The notes: generated by a model not told the origin, from the letters alone. 32,000 nt of DNA from Trichodesmium erythraeum IMS101 (GCF_000014265.1 NC_008312.1:3930001-3962000), one strand, 5' to 3'. Numbered from the stretch's first letter, positions 1 through 8,754 are shown. Made by a program: numbers and translations.

Positions 1-2383
1 CATCCTGATCATTAATCAAGAATAAAAATTCAGCTGTTTCATCCTCTAGCCCTTTGGTATAGATTTTTTCTCCTCTATCTTTACGATCATTGCCGTTTTT
101 ATCCAAAAAAGGGATTAACACTAGTCCCCCTTCTGTGCGTAATCTCTCAAAACGACTCTTACCAAAACTTACGGAGGATGACAAAAAAGCAGATGAGGAT
201 ATCTGTAAACTAAATCTAGAGCTGTTATTGCTCATGGAAATATTTTGATACTTTGCTGTGACATATAACCCTGGGATTTTTGCGGTTGTGATCGAAGCTT
301 GCAAGCCTGAACCTTCTGTTCCGATGCCGTAACCAATATCAAAAATCCAATCTGCAAAGCGATCGCCTACTTGGGAACGAGGTTTATAACGCCAACCAAC
401 TGTTGCGAGTCTATCGCTAGAGTTGTTATCATTCTGATCCATCTCTAAGTTCAGAAAAAGGGAATGATTATAATCATACAAACTTTTAGACTTGAGGAAA
501 AAATATTCAAGATCTGTATCCCACCGCTGCTTTCTCATGCGGTGTCGGAGGGTGAGATTCTGATAACGAGAAAACAGATTCCAGTTAACATTTTGATCTT
601 CATCGATATCAATGTTATTACGGAACAACAAATTACCAAAAGAACTACTGACATCGAGTCCCCCTACCAAAACTTTTTCGCCCACATCCCAACCTACATT
701 TGTGGTGAGTCCTGGAAAAAGTCGCCACCTAATTCGTGCATCTTGAGCGTTATTATTACTGTTCAATGACAAGCGAACATCTGGACTCAAATCCCAATTT
801 GCTCTAAATCTTTCTGATAAATCATCCTTATCAAACTCAAAATCTATACCCTGCTTCGGTTTAAAACGAACATTCAAATCATAGCGAATATTGCTACGTT
901 TGTTGTCGGCTCTTTCATCACTATTGAGCATTGCTGTCGCTGTAATTTTTAAAGGCAAATTTCCTGGTTGAAAAAATACTTCCCCCATACCTTTCAGTTG
1001 CTGGTCATAAAAAAGTCCTGTACCTAGGGTGATGTTGTCTGTGGCACCCCAACGGTACAAAACTCCCCCTTGCATTTCATCCTCCATAGTTCCGAAGAAG
1101 GTCTCGCTATTTTGCGATCGCTCAAATCCACCCGATATCAGTAAGGCTGCAGTCCCACGACTGAGCTGACCAGGCAGTGAAAAGAACTCGGCTTCCCGAA
1201 TTTCTGGGTCTGCGCTCAGTCGCCCATCGGGGTAGAGACGCAATTTATAATTATTGGCTGAAGGGCTACCACGGAGGGAAGAGGAGACTGTAGTCACGTC
1301 TTCAAAGCGATAAATACCGGATGAGTCTACTAACTGTTCTGCCAAAACCCTCTTACTGATAGAGTTAACAAGCTGTACCAATGTGCCTGGCTCTGCTCTG
1401 CCCCGAATATCTCGTTGTAAGCGACTGGAATTCAATCTTTGTTCTGGGTTGAAGCCTTCGTTTCCACCGGAAGAGGTGATGGGTGGCGCAAACCCGAACC
1501 GCCGAATGGCAGTAAATCCGGTGTAGGTACTGCTACCTTCTGGCCACAATGTTTCTTGGTCACCGATGATATAGTCCGTTGTCGGTGTTTGTCGCATATA
1601 TTGGAGTTCGTTGAGTTTCCATGTTTGGCGATCGGTGAGGTCTTCTTGGTCAATATTCAGGTACCAACTGCCTCCGAATAGAGTCCCGATACCAACGAGT
1701 TCGCCAGTGTAGTCGTCGATTTGGTTGCCACTGCCGGAGATGTTTGCTTCTTGTCCGATGATACTGAGGGTGATGGGGGGGGCTGAGATGCGGGGTAAGC
1801 CTTCTAGGTTGAGCTGTCGTTGGTTGCTACGGATATTTGTTTGGGGTAGGTTTTTTCCCAGCCAGTCGGGGTTGAGTATAATTGCATATTCTTCTATATC
1901 AAATTCTACGGGAACACCTAATAGTTCACGAATTTGTTCTACGCTCAAAGCCATGCCGAGTTGATCATCGATCGCTAATTCGTTAAGGTCAATTTGTAAA
2001 GCTAAACCAGGCGACCGCAGTTCTACTTTTCCGTTATCTAGGGGAGTGGTGTTAAACTTTAGGGCTTTGATGACATCATCGTAGGCAATCAGCCATTTGT
2101 CAAAGTCAATTGCTTTTTCGCCATCTTCTGCACCGCGGACGAAAGTTCCGGGATTCACTGTGCGATCGCCGACATAGATGGCCAAGGGCATCAGGTCGAA
2201 ATTCTGACTAATGGTTTCTGTGTCAGGTTCTGATTCTGAAATAACGGTTGAGGGCGGCAGTTCTTGGGCTTGTAGAATTGGTATGTTAATTGCTATACTT
2301 ATAATTTGCGGTACAATAACAAGACTCAGATAAGCCCCACTGTTCAGCCTAAAAAATTGGGAAACTTGATTAAAAATATTCAT
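1..2383 (-). CDS. Outer-membrane fimbrial usher-like protein (PapC/FimD/CsuD type), N-terminal 794 codons; 3' end lies beyond the left window edge
   Basis: Not in the supplied ORF track because no stop falls inside the window. Manual minus-strand translation from ATG 2383-2381 stays open to position 1. It begins MNIFNQVSQFFRLNSGAYLSLVIVPQIISIAINIPILQAQE (signal-like). It continues DLMPLAIYVGDRTVNPGTFVRGAEDGEKAIDFDKW (usher N-domain pattern) and RGRAEPGTLVQLVNS...SGIYRFEDV (plug-like). A long beta-strand-rich G/Y/F/W/N/D region follows. The gene lies downstream of a PapD-like chaperone gene on the same strand. Confidence 0.7.
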   Translation of the reverse strand, partial: MNIFNQVSQFFRLNSGAYLSLVIVPQIISIAINIPILQAQELPPSTVISESEPDTETISQNFDLMPLAIYVGDRTVNPGTFVRGAEDGEKAIDFDKWLIAYDDVIKALKFNTTPLDNGKVELRSPGLALQIDLNELAIDDQLGMALSVEQIRELLGVPVEFDIEEYAIILNPDWLGKNLPQTNIRSNQRQLNLEGLPRISAPPITLSIIGQEANISGSGNQIDDYTGELVGIGTLFGGSWYLNIDQEDLTDRQTWKLNELQYMRQTPTTDYIIGDQETLWPEGSSTYTGFTAIRRFGFAPPITSSGGNEGFNPEQRLNSSRLQRDIRGRAEPGTLVQLVNSISKRVLAEQLVDSSGIYRFEDVTTVSSSLRGSPSANNYKLRLYPDGRLSADPEIREAEFFSLPGQLSRGTAALLISGGFERSQNSETFFGTMEDEMQGGVLYRWGATDNITLGTGLFYDQQLKGMGEVFFQPGNLPLKITATAMLNSDERADNKRSNIRYDLNVRFKPKQGIDFEFDKDDLSERFRANWDLSPDVRLSLNSNNNAQDARIRWRLFPGLTTNVGWDVGEKVLVGGLDVSSSFGNLLFRNNIDIDEDQNVNWNLFSRYQNLTLRHRMRKQRWDTDLEYFFLKSKSLYDYNHSLFLNLEMDQNDNNSSDRLATVGWRYKPRSQVGDRFADWIFDIGYGIGTEGSGLQASITTAKIPGLYVTAKYQNISMSNNSSRFSLQISSSAFLSSSVSFGKSRFERLRTEGGLVLIPFLDKNGNDRKDRGEKIYTKGLEDETAEFLFLINDQD

Positions 2384-2829
2384 AAATTGCTTGATACCAA
2401 TTCTTAATACAGAGGCCTTTGGTATCTTTTACTATGGCCGGATAAATTGAGCCGGAAAAAATTCCCACGGTTCTGGAGCCTGAGTCATTCTGAGGCAGAT
2501 AATTTGATGGGAGTTGGTCGGAGGGCTAATCTCACTTATAATATCATGCCCGGTTGAATACTTACACTTTGGAGGCAGTCAGGCAGAGGGCAGATGGCAA
2601 AAGACAGAGGGATAGAAAAAGCATTTATGAAAGAAAGTTTTTTAATTATGGCTTACTGATTAAATATTAAAGCATTGACGTATCAAAGCTTCAGCATTTT
2701 GAGTAGCTCAAAAAGTGTCTAGTTTTCGGTTCTGAGAGCTGAAAAAGTTAGTATTTTAGACGCTCCCTAGGTATAAAAATCAAGGTACAAATATATCCCC
2801 CTACCTCCTCTATCAATTCCCCATTCCTC

Positions 2830-2859
2830 TGTAGGGACCTTGCACACAAGGTCCCTACA
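2830..2859. other. Perfect 12-bp-stem hairpin TGTAGGGACCTT-gcacac-AAGGTCCCTACA in the chaperone-usher spacer
   Basis: Arms at 2830-2841 and 2848-2859 are exact reverse complements with a 6-nt loop. No U-run follows on either strand, so it is not a classical terminator. Confidence 0.6.
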
Positions 2860-3097
2860 TTTCCTCCTGAAAGATATTAAGGGTGGTTCCCCTATTCCTG
2901 AAAAAGGCTTTTTCAGCAAGCCCTAATTACTGATGCTCTGGACATGATATAATAGTATGTTAGTTTTAATTATTAGTTTTGATTAAAAGACAAATGATTC
3001 ACAAAGCCTGTATTTATATTATTGATTTTTTAGTCAATTATATTGATTTAGTGTGGGTTCCTATGAGCTTTAGTGTTAGTTCGAGTAGCTCCCTACT

Positions 3098-3889
3098 TTA
3101 GGGAATGGATAGGTCAAAGGAAAAAGGTATTTTACTAGAATTTTTACCATTGTCCCAGAGCAACTCTCCGGTCAATTGGTATGTACCGGAGGTTAATTCT
3201 ACTGAATTTTCCGGTAATTCTAGTGGAATTAGGCGATCGCCTCCAGCAATGACAGTAATTTCTTTAACCTCGTTTTTGATAACGGCCTGGCCATTGCGCT
3301 GTAACTCCCACTGAACTGCAGGTCGTACTGTGCCGTTTCCTGGATTAGTCACAAGTAGCTCAAGCTGTTTTTTTTCTGAATTATAAGCTGCACTTTCTGG
3401 GGCTAAAGCAAAGTTAACTTCACCATGACGGACATAAACAGTTACCCCCAACCGAGCACGAATACTGAGACCACCTTCAGCATTTCGTTCTTTCAGAGGT
3501 TCCACAAAAATTACTGATCGATATTCTCCAGGGGCTGTTGTTGGTAACATTCGCATAATTAAACGAACTCGCCGACTTTGACCGGGCTTAACTACCAATT
3601 CAGCGGGGGAAAAAATTAAATAGGGGGACAGGTCAAAAGGATCACCTTCCTGAGTAGTGAAACCATCTCTCTTATAGGTAAAGGCTTCTGAGTTCAGTCG
3701 TACTCTCTGAGGTTGTGAACTTTTATTACGGACTGAAATTACCCCACTTGCTTTTCCTTGCTTAGTTTCCGCATTGATAACCATCGGGGAAATTGATACT
3801 TGAGCTTGCACTGCCTGAGGCAATGCCATGACAGAGGCGATCGCTGCCCCTAACAAGCTTTGCCATAAAAAACTTTTAAATAATTTCAT
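3098..3889 (-). CDS. Periplasmic pilus chaperone, PapD/CsuC-like
   Basis: Signal peptide MKLFKSFLWQSLLGAAIASVMALPQAVQA. PapD-like strand patterns VSISPMVINAE..GVISVRNKSSQPQRVRL and FSPAELVVKPGQSRRVRLI. The start lies only about 10-13 nt after the stop of the upstream subunit gene. The track start is GTG 3892; ATG 3889 is used here. Confidence 0.8.
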   Translation of the reverse strand: MKLFKSFLWQSLLGAAIASVMALPQAVQAQVSISPMVINAETKQGKASGVISVRNKSSQPQRVRLNSEAFTYKRDGFTTQEGDPFDLSPYLIFSPAELVVKPGQSRRVRLIMRMLPTTAPGEYRSVIFVEPLKERNAEGGLSIRARLGVTVYVRHGEVNFALAPESAAYNSEKKQLELLVTNPGNGTVRPAVQWELQRNGQAVIKNEVKEITVIAGGDRLIPLELPENSVELTSGTYQLTGELLWDNGKNSSKIPFSFDLSIP

Positions 3890-3901
3890 CACCCATCTAT
3901 C

Positions 3902-5035
3902 CTAATTAGCTGTGACAGTCACGGTAAAAGTTGCGGAATAATCTCCTGCTCCCAACTCTTCTGCCGCTCCTGTAGTGTCAAAGCGGGAAGTAACCTCAAT
4001 CTCAATGTCTCCATTATCATCGGTACTCTCCCTTGTCCTCTGATCAATAATACCAGTGGTAAGTTCTTGAGTCAGTGCTTGTAGTTCCGTTGTTGTATTA
4101 CTAGAAGGATGTGTTTTTCTAGTTTTGACTTTATGATCAACACCATTACTCCCTCCCCCCTGAAGGAGATCGATGTTTGAACTATTGCTAAATATTGGAG
4201 CAGTTAAGTTGGTCATCTCCACCGAATAGTCAACATCAGCGGTATTACAATCAAAACCGACAGAATCAGAAGCTTCTAGTATCCTGGCCCTTGGCTCGGG
4301 AAGTCCTGCAGACGATGTGGTTGTAACATAAGCCTTCGGGTTACCTGTCTCTGTATATTCACTACTATTTTGCAAACTGCATTCTTTTTCCACATTCTTA
4401 GAAATTACAGTAGTATTACTACCCGGGGTTCCCGAAGATGTAGGAGTCGCCGTTATCCTGAACTGTGTCTCATAGCCCCCTGCCGCAAACTCCTCTGCGC
4501 CTCCCTGTAAAAAAAAGGTCGACCTCAGATTTATTTTAATCTCACCATTACTATCTAAAGATAAATTGTCCCCCGGTTGACTACTACTAGAAGACACAAT
4601 ATCTACACTATCGTTAGTCGCCGTAAAATTTTCTTTTAAATCAGTATAAGAGGTGTTTTTTCCCACAGAAACTTGATGGGTGATCCCCGGGTCACCCAAA
4701 TCTAAATTTGCAGGTGCTGGACTAGGGAGGGTAATTGTATCCAGATCCACGTCAATATCAGCGTTTGTTAAATTCACTCCTGAGCCATCAGTACATTTAA
4801 AGGTGACTGAATAATCCCTAGAAAGCCGAATGACCCGCTCTTCATTACTAACACCATCCACAGGGGTTGAGGTAATAACATAAGTTATAGGAGAGGTCTC
4901 ACTTGTACTGATTTGATGGCATTCATTTGCAGCACTAGCCTTGGCTGGATTTAATACTATCCAGGAACTAGAGAGCAAAAAAAGAGTGGCACAGTTTTTA
5001 CTACATTGCCATAGCCATGAATGCTTAATTTTCAT
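3902..5035 (-). CDS. Secreted two-module SCPU/Csu-type pilus subunit (possible tip or adhesin subunit)
   Basis: 377 aa with a signal peptide ending NPAKASA. There are two tandem modules, each with a Cys pair (ANECHQ..VTFKCTDG; EKECSLQ..VGFDCNTAD). Each module ends in the G-x-Y-x-x-x-F-x-[IV]-T-[AV]-T signature (GGYETQFRITATP; GDYSATFTVTVTAN) typical of spore-coat-U domain pilins. Confidence 0.6.
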   Translation of the reverse strand: MKIKHSWLWQCSKNCATLFLLSSSWIVLNPAKASAANECHQISTSETSPITYVITSTPVDGVSNEERVIRLSRDYSVTFKCTDGSGVNLTNADIDVDLDTITLPSPAPANLDLGDPGITHQVSVGKNTSYTDLKENFTATNDSVDIVSSSSSQPGDNLSLDSNGEIKINLRSTFFLQGGAEEFAAGGYETQFRITATPTSSGTPGSNTTVISKNVEKECSLQNSSEYTETGNPKAYVTTTSSAGLPEPRARILEASDSVGFDCNTADVDYSVEMTNLTAPIFSNSSNIDLLQGGGSNGVDHKVKTRKTHPSSNTTTELQALTQELTTGIIDQRTRESTDDNGDIEIEVTSRFDTTGAAEELGAGDYSATFTVTVTAN

Positions 5036-5161
5036 TATTTCTACTTAATTGTAGATTAGTTGAAAACTTATATACATTGAAATTCCCATGGAAAAGGAAA
5101 TGATGATCAGATGACCAACACTCCCTTTTCAATCTAAACTATTGCTGGAAATATAGCGTTC

Positions 5162-5752
5162 CTATTGTGCGGTAACAGTAAAAGTTGTCGTAGCACTATA
5201 TGTTTGTGCCAATAATTCTTCATCAGCTGCTGTCCAAACAGAGCTTACGTTAATTGTCAGGTCTCCATCACCATCAGTATCTATGTTTGTACCAAGATCG
5301 CCGTCTGCTACGGTGGTGTCAGCAGCAACATTTAGTCCATATTGAAAAACATGACTTGCCGTAAGGTTACTTGCCGTAGCATTTGTGCCAGTGGGGGCTG
5401 TGTATGTAGTGCCAGTACCCGAAATGACAACTTGGACTTTTGCAGTATTGCAATCAAAAACTATGGCATCAGTCGCAGTCAGAACTTTTGTACGGTCCTC
5501 ATTAGCACCTTGACCAATATCAACAATCGAAAGAGAGTCATTTGTACGATCGTAATCTGTTTTATCACTTGCTGTTACTATCGCACACTCTGGACTTACA
5601 GTTTCCGAGAAGCTAACAGCAGCATCTCCTGACCCAGCAGTCCCAGGAGGATCCGCCAAAGCTGAATTACGAAAAGCCAAAACTGATCCACCAGCCAGGG
5701 CGATCGCCATTGTCGAACTCAAAAATCTTTTTGCTGTTTTGCTTAAATTCAT
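5162..5752 (-). CDS. Secreted single-module SCPU/Csu-type pilus subunit (likely major pilin)
   Basis: 196 aa from ATG 5752, with a GAGGGA Shine-Dalgarno 6 nt upstream. The track start TTG 5797 adds 15 unlikely residues. Signal peptide MNLSKTAKRFLSSTMAIALAGGSVLAFRNSALA. Cys pair SPECAIV..IVFDCNTAKV. The C-terminus QTYSATTTFTVTAQ is paralogous to the 377-aa neighbour. Confidence 0.6.
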   Translation of the reverse strand: MNLSKTAKRFLSSTMAIALAGGSVLAFRNSALADPPGTAGSGDAAVSFSETVSPECAIVTASDKTDYDRTNDSLSIVDIGQGANEDRTKVLTATDAIVFDCNTAKVQVVISGTGTTYTAPTGTNATASNLTASHVFQYGLNVAADTTVADGDLGTNIDTDGDGDLTINVSSVWTAADEELLAQTYSATTTFTVTAQ

Positions 5753-6058
5753 TCTAATTCCCTCAATATTTCTTGATGTTCTGCCAAACAGTATCAAAGA
5801 GAAATAATCATCAACTATTTTAGACAGTTTTACTATCTAATTAAGTTTTCAAGAATCTAGTTCTTAAGAAACTTTATTTCTCTGTTATATAAGTAAGACT
5901 GTTTTAGGTAGCAAATTGTGAATTTTTTTTCTTGAGAGTAGACAGAGAAGGAACTTCAACTCTTTCCCTAGGAGACACTGCGCCAATGGGAATACATTTA
6001 ATATTATTTACCTCAAAATTCTATTTTGCCATAGCAAACTTCCCTTGACCCTATATTA

Positions 6059-6788
6059 GGCCAAAGGTATTCTGAAAGCGAGCTTTTGGGCACAAAAAGA
6101 GAACTCGCCATTTTTCTAGTTAGGAAGTAAGCACAACAAATCTAGCAGCAGTCAAACCAGACTAGAAGCTGTGATTCAACCGTTAATTATTTCTGGCCAA
6201 AGGTATCCTATAGGCCTGCTTTTGACCCAAAAAAGCGATCGCGCTATCTTTCTAGTTAGGAAGTAAGCACAACAAATCTAGCAGCAGTCAAACCAGACTA
6301 GAAGCTGTGATTCAACCGTTAATTATTTCTGGCCAAAAGTATCCTATAGGCCAGCTTTTGACCCAAAAAAGCGATCGCCCCATCTTTCTAGTTAGGAAGT
6401 AAGCACAACAAATCTAGCAGCAGTCAAACCAGACTAGAAGCTGTGATTCAACTGTTAATTATTTCTGGCCAAAAGTATCCTATAGGCCTGCTTTTGACCC
6501 AAAAAAGCGATCGCGCCATCTTTCTTGTTAGGAAGTGAGCACAACAAATCTAGCAGCAGTCAAACCAGACTAGAAGCTGTGATTCAACCGTTAATTATTT
6601 CTGGCCAAAGGTATCCTATAGGCCAGCTTTTGACCCAAAAAAGCGATCGCGCCATCTTTCTTGTTAGGAAGTGAGCACAACAAATCTAGCAGCAGTCAAA
6701 CCAGACTAGAAGCTGTGATTCAACCGTTAATTATTTCTGGCCAAAGGTATCCTATAGGCCAGCTTTTGACCCAAAAAAGCGATCGCGC
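6059..6788. repeat. Non-coding tandem array, 136-bp unit x ~5.4
   Basis: Unit starts (GGCCAAAGGTAT..) fall at 6059, 6195, 6331, 6467, 6603 and 6739, with a period of exactly 136. Copy 1 is divergent, copies 2-5 are near-identical, and the last copy is truncated near 6788. Copies 2-6 contain a HIP1 site; divergent copy 1 does not. 136 is not a multiple of 3. Confidence 0.95.
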
Positions 6789-6844
6789 AACTATAAACTT
6801 AAAACTGACTCAAAAACAATAGTTTTAGCTTCAAAAAAACCCCA

Positions 6845-8164
6845 CTAACAGCAGAATTTGTACCTCAGTTTCTCTGCTGAAAGCCTTAGCAAATTATCCG
6901 CTGCTAACCAATTAAACTGTTTGTCTAAAGCTTTTATTTTTCTGTTGCCAAAGTTGTATAAATGTGTTATGTCTTCTAGACCTTTGTGGATTAACCCCCT
7001 GGCCGGTTCCTTATATTGTTGGGCTAGCAGGAAGCCGACTATACTTATATTCATCCTGCCCCTCAGCAATACCGGTACTATATTTGTGCATGTACTCAGT
7101 AGACCACATTTGTGTTGTGTCTTATCTTTGTACCTTTTATTAGCATACTTAAATGATTTCACTAACACTGATGGAGCAACAAGCTCTTGTTTCCTATAGC
7201 CAACAGTCTCTATTTTCCCTAACTCCTCCTCAGCCGTTGCCTCTACTAAGTGCTTTTTCTTAGCGTCCCTAAGTGATTTCACTAACACTGATGGAGCAAC
7301 AAGCTCTTGTTTCCTATAGCCAACAGTCTCTATTTTCCCTAACTCCTCCTCAGCCGTTGCCTCTACTAAGTGCTTTTTCTTAGCGTCCCTAAGTGATTTC
7401 ACTAACACTGATGGAGCAACAAGCTCTTGTTTCCTATAGCCAACAGTCTCTATTTTCCCTAACTCCTTCTCAGCCGTTGCCTCTACTAAAATAGGCTCAC
7501 TTTTCTCTTCAGATAAAACAGCCTCTTGGGGCATCTCAGTAGCAATAATTTCTGTTTCCAACTCTTGAGCTGGAGAATTTTCTACTTTGTGCTCCTCAAA
7601 AATAACTATTTCTTTTTGTTTCTGGTATTCCTCATACCTTTCTCGCAAAATAGCCCGCCCCTGGGAAATACGCTTACGGACATTAGGCTCAGAAATACTT
7701 AACTCTGTAGCTATTTCCTTATAAGAGTATTCTTTAAAAAAGAGAGCAAAAGTTTCCCGTAGTCTCTTTGGCAAATTGTCAATAGCCAAGCGACAAAAAT
7801 CTTCTAACTCTCCGTAGGCAACAGCAAAAAATGGATCTCCTCTTTGAGTCCTCCCATCAGCGCGAGATAGAACCAAGTCTAGATCCTCAACCTTTTGATG
7901 ATAGCGAGCAGACTGCTTCAGTAGATCCATACAAAGGTTATAGGTGAGTTTTGCCAACCAAGCTTTGAAGTTATCAATTGTTTTGTGACACTTTTGTACT
8001 TTTTCCCTAGCCTTCAACATAGCCATACTCAGAGCATCCTCAGCATTTATAGAATTACCTCCCATCCATTTGACACAGCAATGGTAGAGATAGTCTTGAT
8101 GCTTTTGCCACTCTTGCCAAAATAGCCGGTCAATATTTGCAGTTCTATTGTATCTGTTTAACAT
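6845..8164 (-). CDS. ECF-type (group 4) sigma-70 family factor with a ~250-aa repeat-containing C-terminal extension
   Basis: Region 2 pattern: AEDALSMAMLKAREKVQKCHKTIDNFKAWLAKLTYNLCMDLLKQ. Region 4 HTH: LPKRLRETFALFFKEYSYKEIATELSISEPNVRKRISQGRAILRERY. These occupy aa ~1-185. The remainder is acidic linker, three 40-aa repeats and a basic tail. Confidence 0.8.
   Translation of the reverse strand: MLNRYNRTANIDRLFWQEWQKHQDYLYHCCVKWMGGNSINAEDALSMAMLKAREKVQKCHKTIDNFKAWLAKLTYNLCMDLLKQSARYHQKVEDLDLVLSRADGRTQRGDPFFAVAYGELEDFCRLAIDNLPKRLRETFALFFKEYSYKEIATELSISEPNVRKRISQGRAILRERYEEYQKQKEIVIFEEHKVENSPAQELETEIIATEMPQEAVLSEEKSEPILVEATAEKELGKIETVGYRKQELVAPSVLVKSLRDAKKKHLVEATAEEELGKIETVGYRKQELVAPSVLVKSLRDAKKKHLVEATAEEELGKIETVGYRKQELVAPSVLVKSFKYANKRYKDKTQHKCGLLSTCTNIVPVLLRGRMNISIVGFLLAQQYKEPARGLIHKGLEDITHLYNFGNRKIKALDKQFNWLAADNLLRLSAEKLRYKFCC
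7130..7489. repeat. Intragenic in-frame tandem repeat, 120-bp unit x 3
   Basis: Units at 7141, 7261 and 7381. 7261-7380 and 7381-7489 differ at about one base, and copy 1 differs in its first ~15 nt. The units encode LVEATAE[KE]ELGKIETVGYRKQELVAPSVLVKSLRDAKKKH three times. Confidence 0.95.
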
Positions 8165-8165
8165 T

Positions 8166-8292
8166 TTTTTTTAATATATATATAATTAATTTTATCTATA
8201 TACTATATATAATTAATTTTATCTACATTTTTTAATATATATATATAATTAACTTTATCTATATACTATATATAATTAATTTGATCTACATA
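8166..8292. repeat. Nested AT-only direct repeats abutting the sigma-factor start codon
   Basis: Two ~62-bp units, each made of two ~30-bp subunits containing TATATAATTAA(T/C)TT(T/G)ATCTA. That gives four copies in total, starting 2 nt from the ATG at 8164. Confidence 0.85.
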
Positions 8293-8754
8293 CTTAAGTT
8301 AAATAATCTATACAAATTAGATACAATCAGGAAATAAAAAAAATTTTATCATAATTTAATGGCTAAGTTAAGGAGTACATGGCTTTCACCAAGCTGCTTC
8401 TAAGGATTTTAGTTGAATATTTTGGTAAGGGTTAAGGAAAAAAATCTGTCTCCTTAAAAGTTTAGTCAAAAATCAAGAAGGCTATTACTAATTCTCTTGA
8501 GAACTAGCAAGCCCTAATTAAGAATTAGAAATAAACCGATTTGATTTACAAAAATTCATAAAAAAAAAATAATTCTTACGAATAAATACCGTTTATTGTT
8601 TTAGTGCCTAAGTATTCTTAAACTCAAACAATTATTGGCTCATAATTTAGAAAGAACCACCTGATGAGTAGGGATATTTTATGTTGCAGAAAACTCGTAG
8701 CTGTTCACTCCTACAGATAGTTTATAACTTGAAGTTTTTTGCAAGTTCTGTTGC

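Noticed and set aside
464-1964. Tracked ORFs 464-769(+), 1432-1653(-), 1439-1681(+) and 1725-1964(+)
   Set aside because: All lie inside or antisense to the long open minus-strand usher frame. Their translations are low-complexity or Cys/Arg-rich with no recognisable motifs, so they are shadow ORFs.
6059-6788. Possibility that the 136-bp array is a CRISPR array
   Set aside because: The units are contiguous with no unique spacers, the unit is far longer than a CRISPR repeat, and no cas genes are present in the window.
7130-7489. Possibility that the 120-bp repeats are a diversity-generating retroelement template/variable repeat pair
   Set aside because: The copies are nearly identical rather than differing at adenine positions. 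They are tandem, and no reverse transcriptase gene is nearby.
8661-8667. CTGATGA, the hammerhead ribozyme core box
   Set aside because: The downstream sequence gtagggatattttatgttgcaGAAA cannot form stem II (no complement to GTAGGG before GAAA), and no stem I or III partners were found.
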